Source of the DNA: Octopus bimaculoides
Lineage: Eukaryota
Direction: 5' to 3'
NCBI RefSeq assembly: GCF_001194135.2
Contig: NC_068998.1
Span: forward strand, 40,908,932 to 40,941,764
DNA: 32,833 nt
Below the pieces are notes generated by a model. It saw nothing but the letters and a program-made list of their open reading frames with translations, was not told where the DNA came from and did not search any database. Of this stretch, positions 32,790 through 32,833 are shown piece after piece. Positions within the stretch are counted from its first letter, which is position 1, and every line of letters begins with the position of its first letter. Position numbers and translations under genes: made by a program.

Positions 32790-32833
<44 letters not shown>
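32632..32833 (+). mobile_element. SINE family A, 5' half running into (TA)n at the window end
   Basis: GGAGTGGCTGTGTGGTAAGTAGCTTGC...ACGGAAACTGAAAGAAGCC. Confidence 0.85.

Overview
AT-rich, microsatellite-dense eukaryotic DNA with five N-gaps. The SINE families look like those I recall from octopus (coleoid cephalopod) genomes; this is recalled, not database-verified. No intact protein-coding gene is supported: the long ORFs in the track are N-run read-throughs, microsatellite translations or transposon fossils. Most of the window is interspersed repeat: two abundant tRNA-derived SINE families (CORE-like and Meta-like), minor SINEs, non-LTR fragments (two RTE, one CR1/L2, one R4/Dong-like), DNA-transposon derivatives (Tigger/pogo, maT DD37D, hAT) and LTR/Penelope-like pieces. 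The most interesting non-routine signals are a type I hammerhead ribozyme motif (30285-30362), a 60-nt pre-miRNA-like hairpin (15173-15232) in a candidate first exon of a spliced minus-strand transcript, a 17-bp minisatellite with 11 AP-1 consensus sites (19750-20035), a 165-nt foldback (31001-31165) and inverted SINE pairs that could form dsRNA. All are candidates needing validation; I cannot claim a new biological system from sequence alone.
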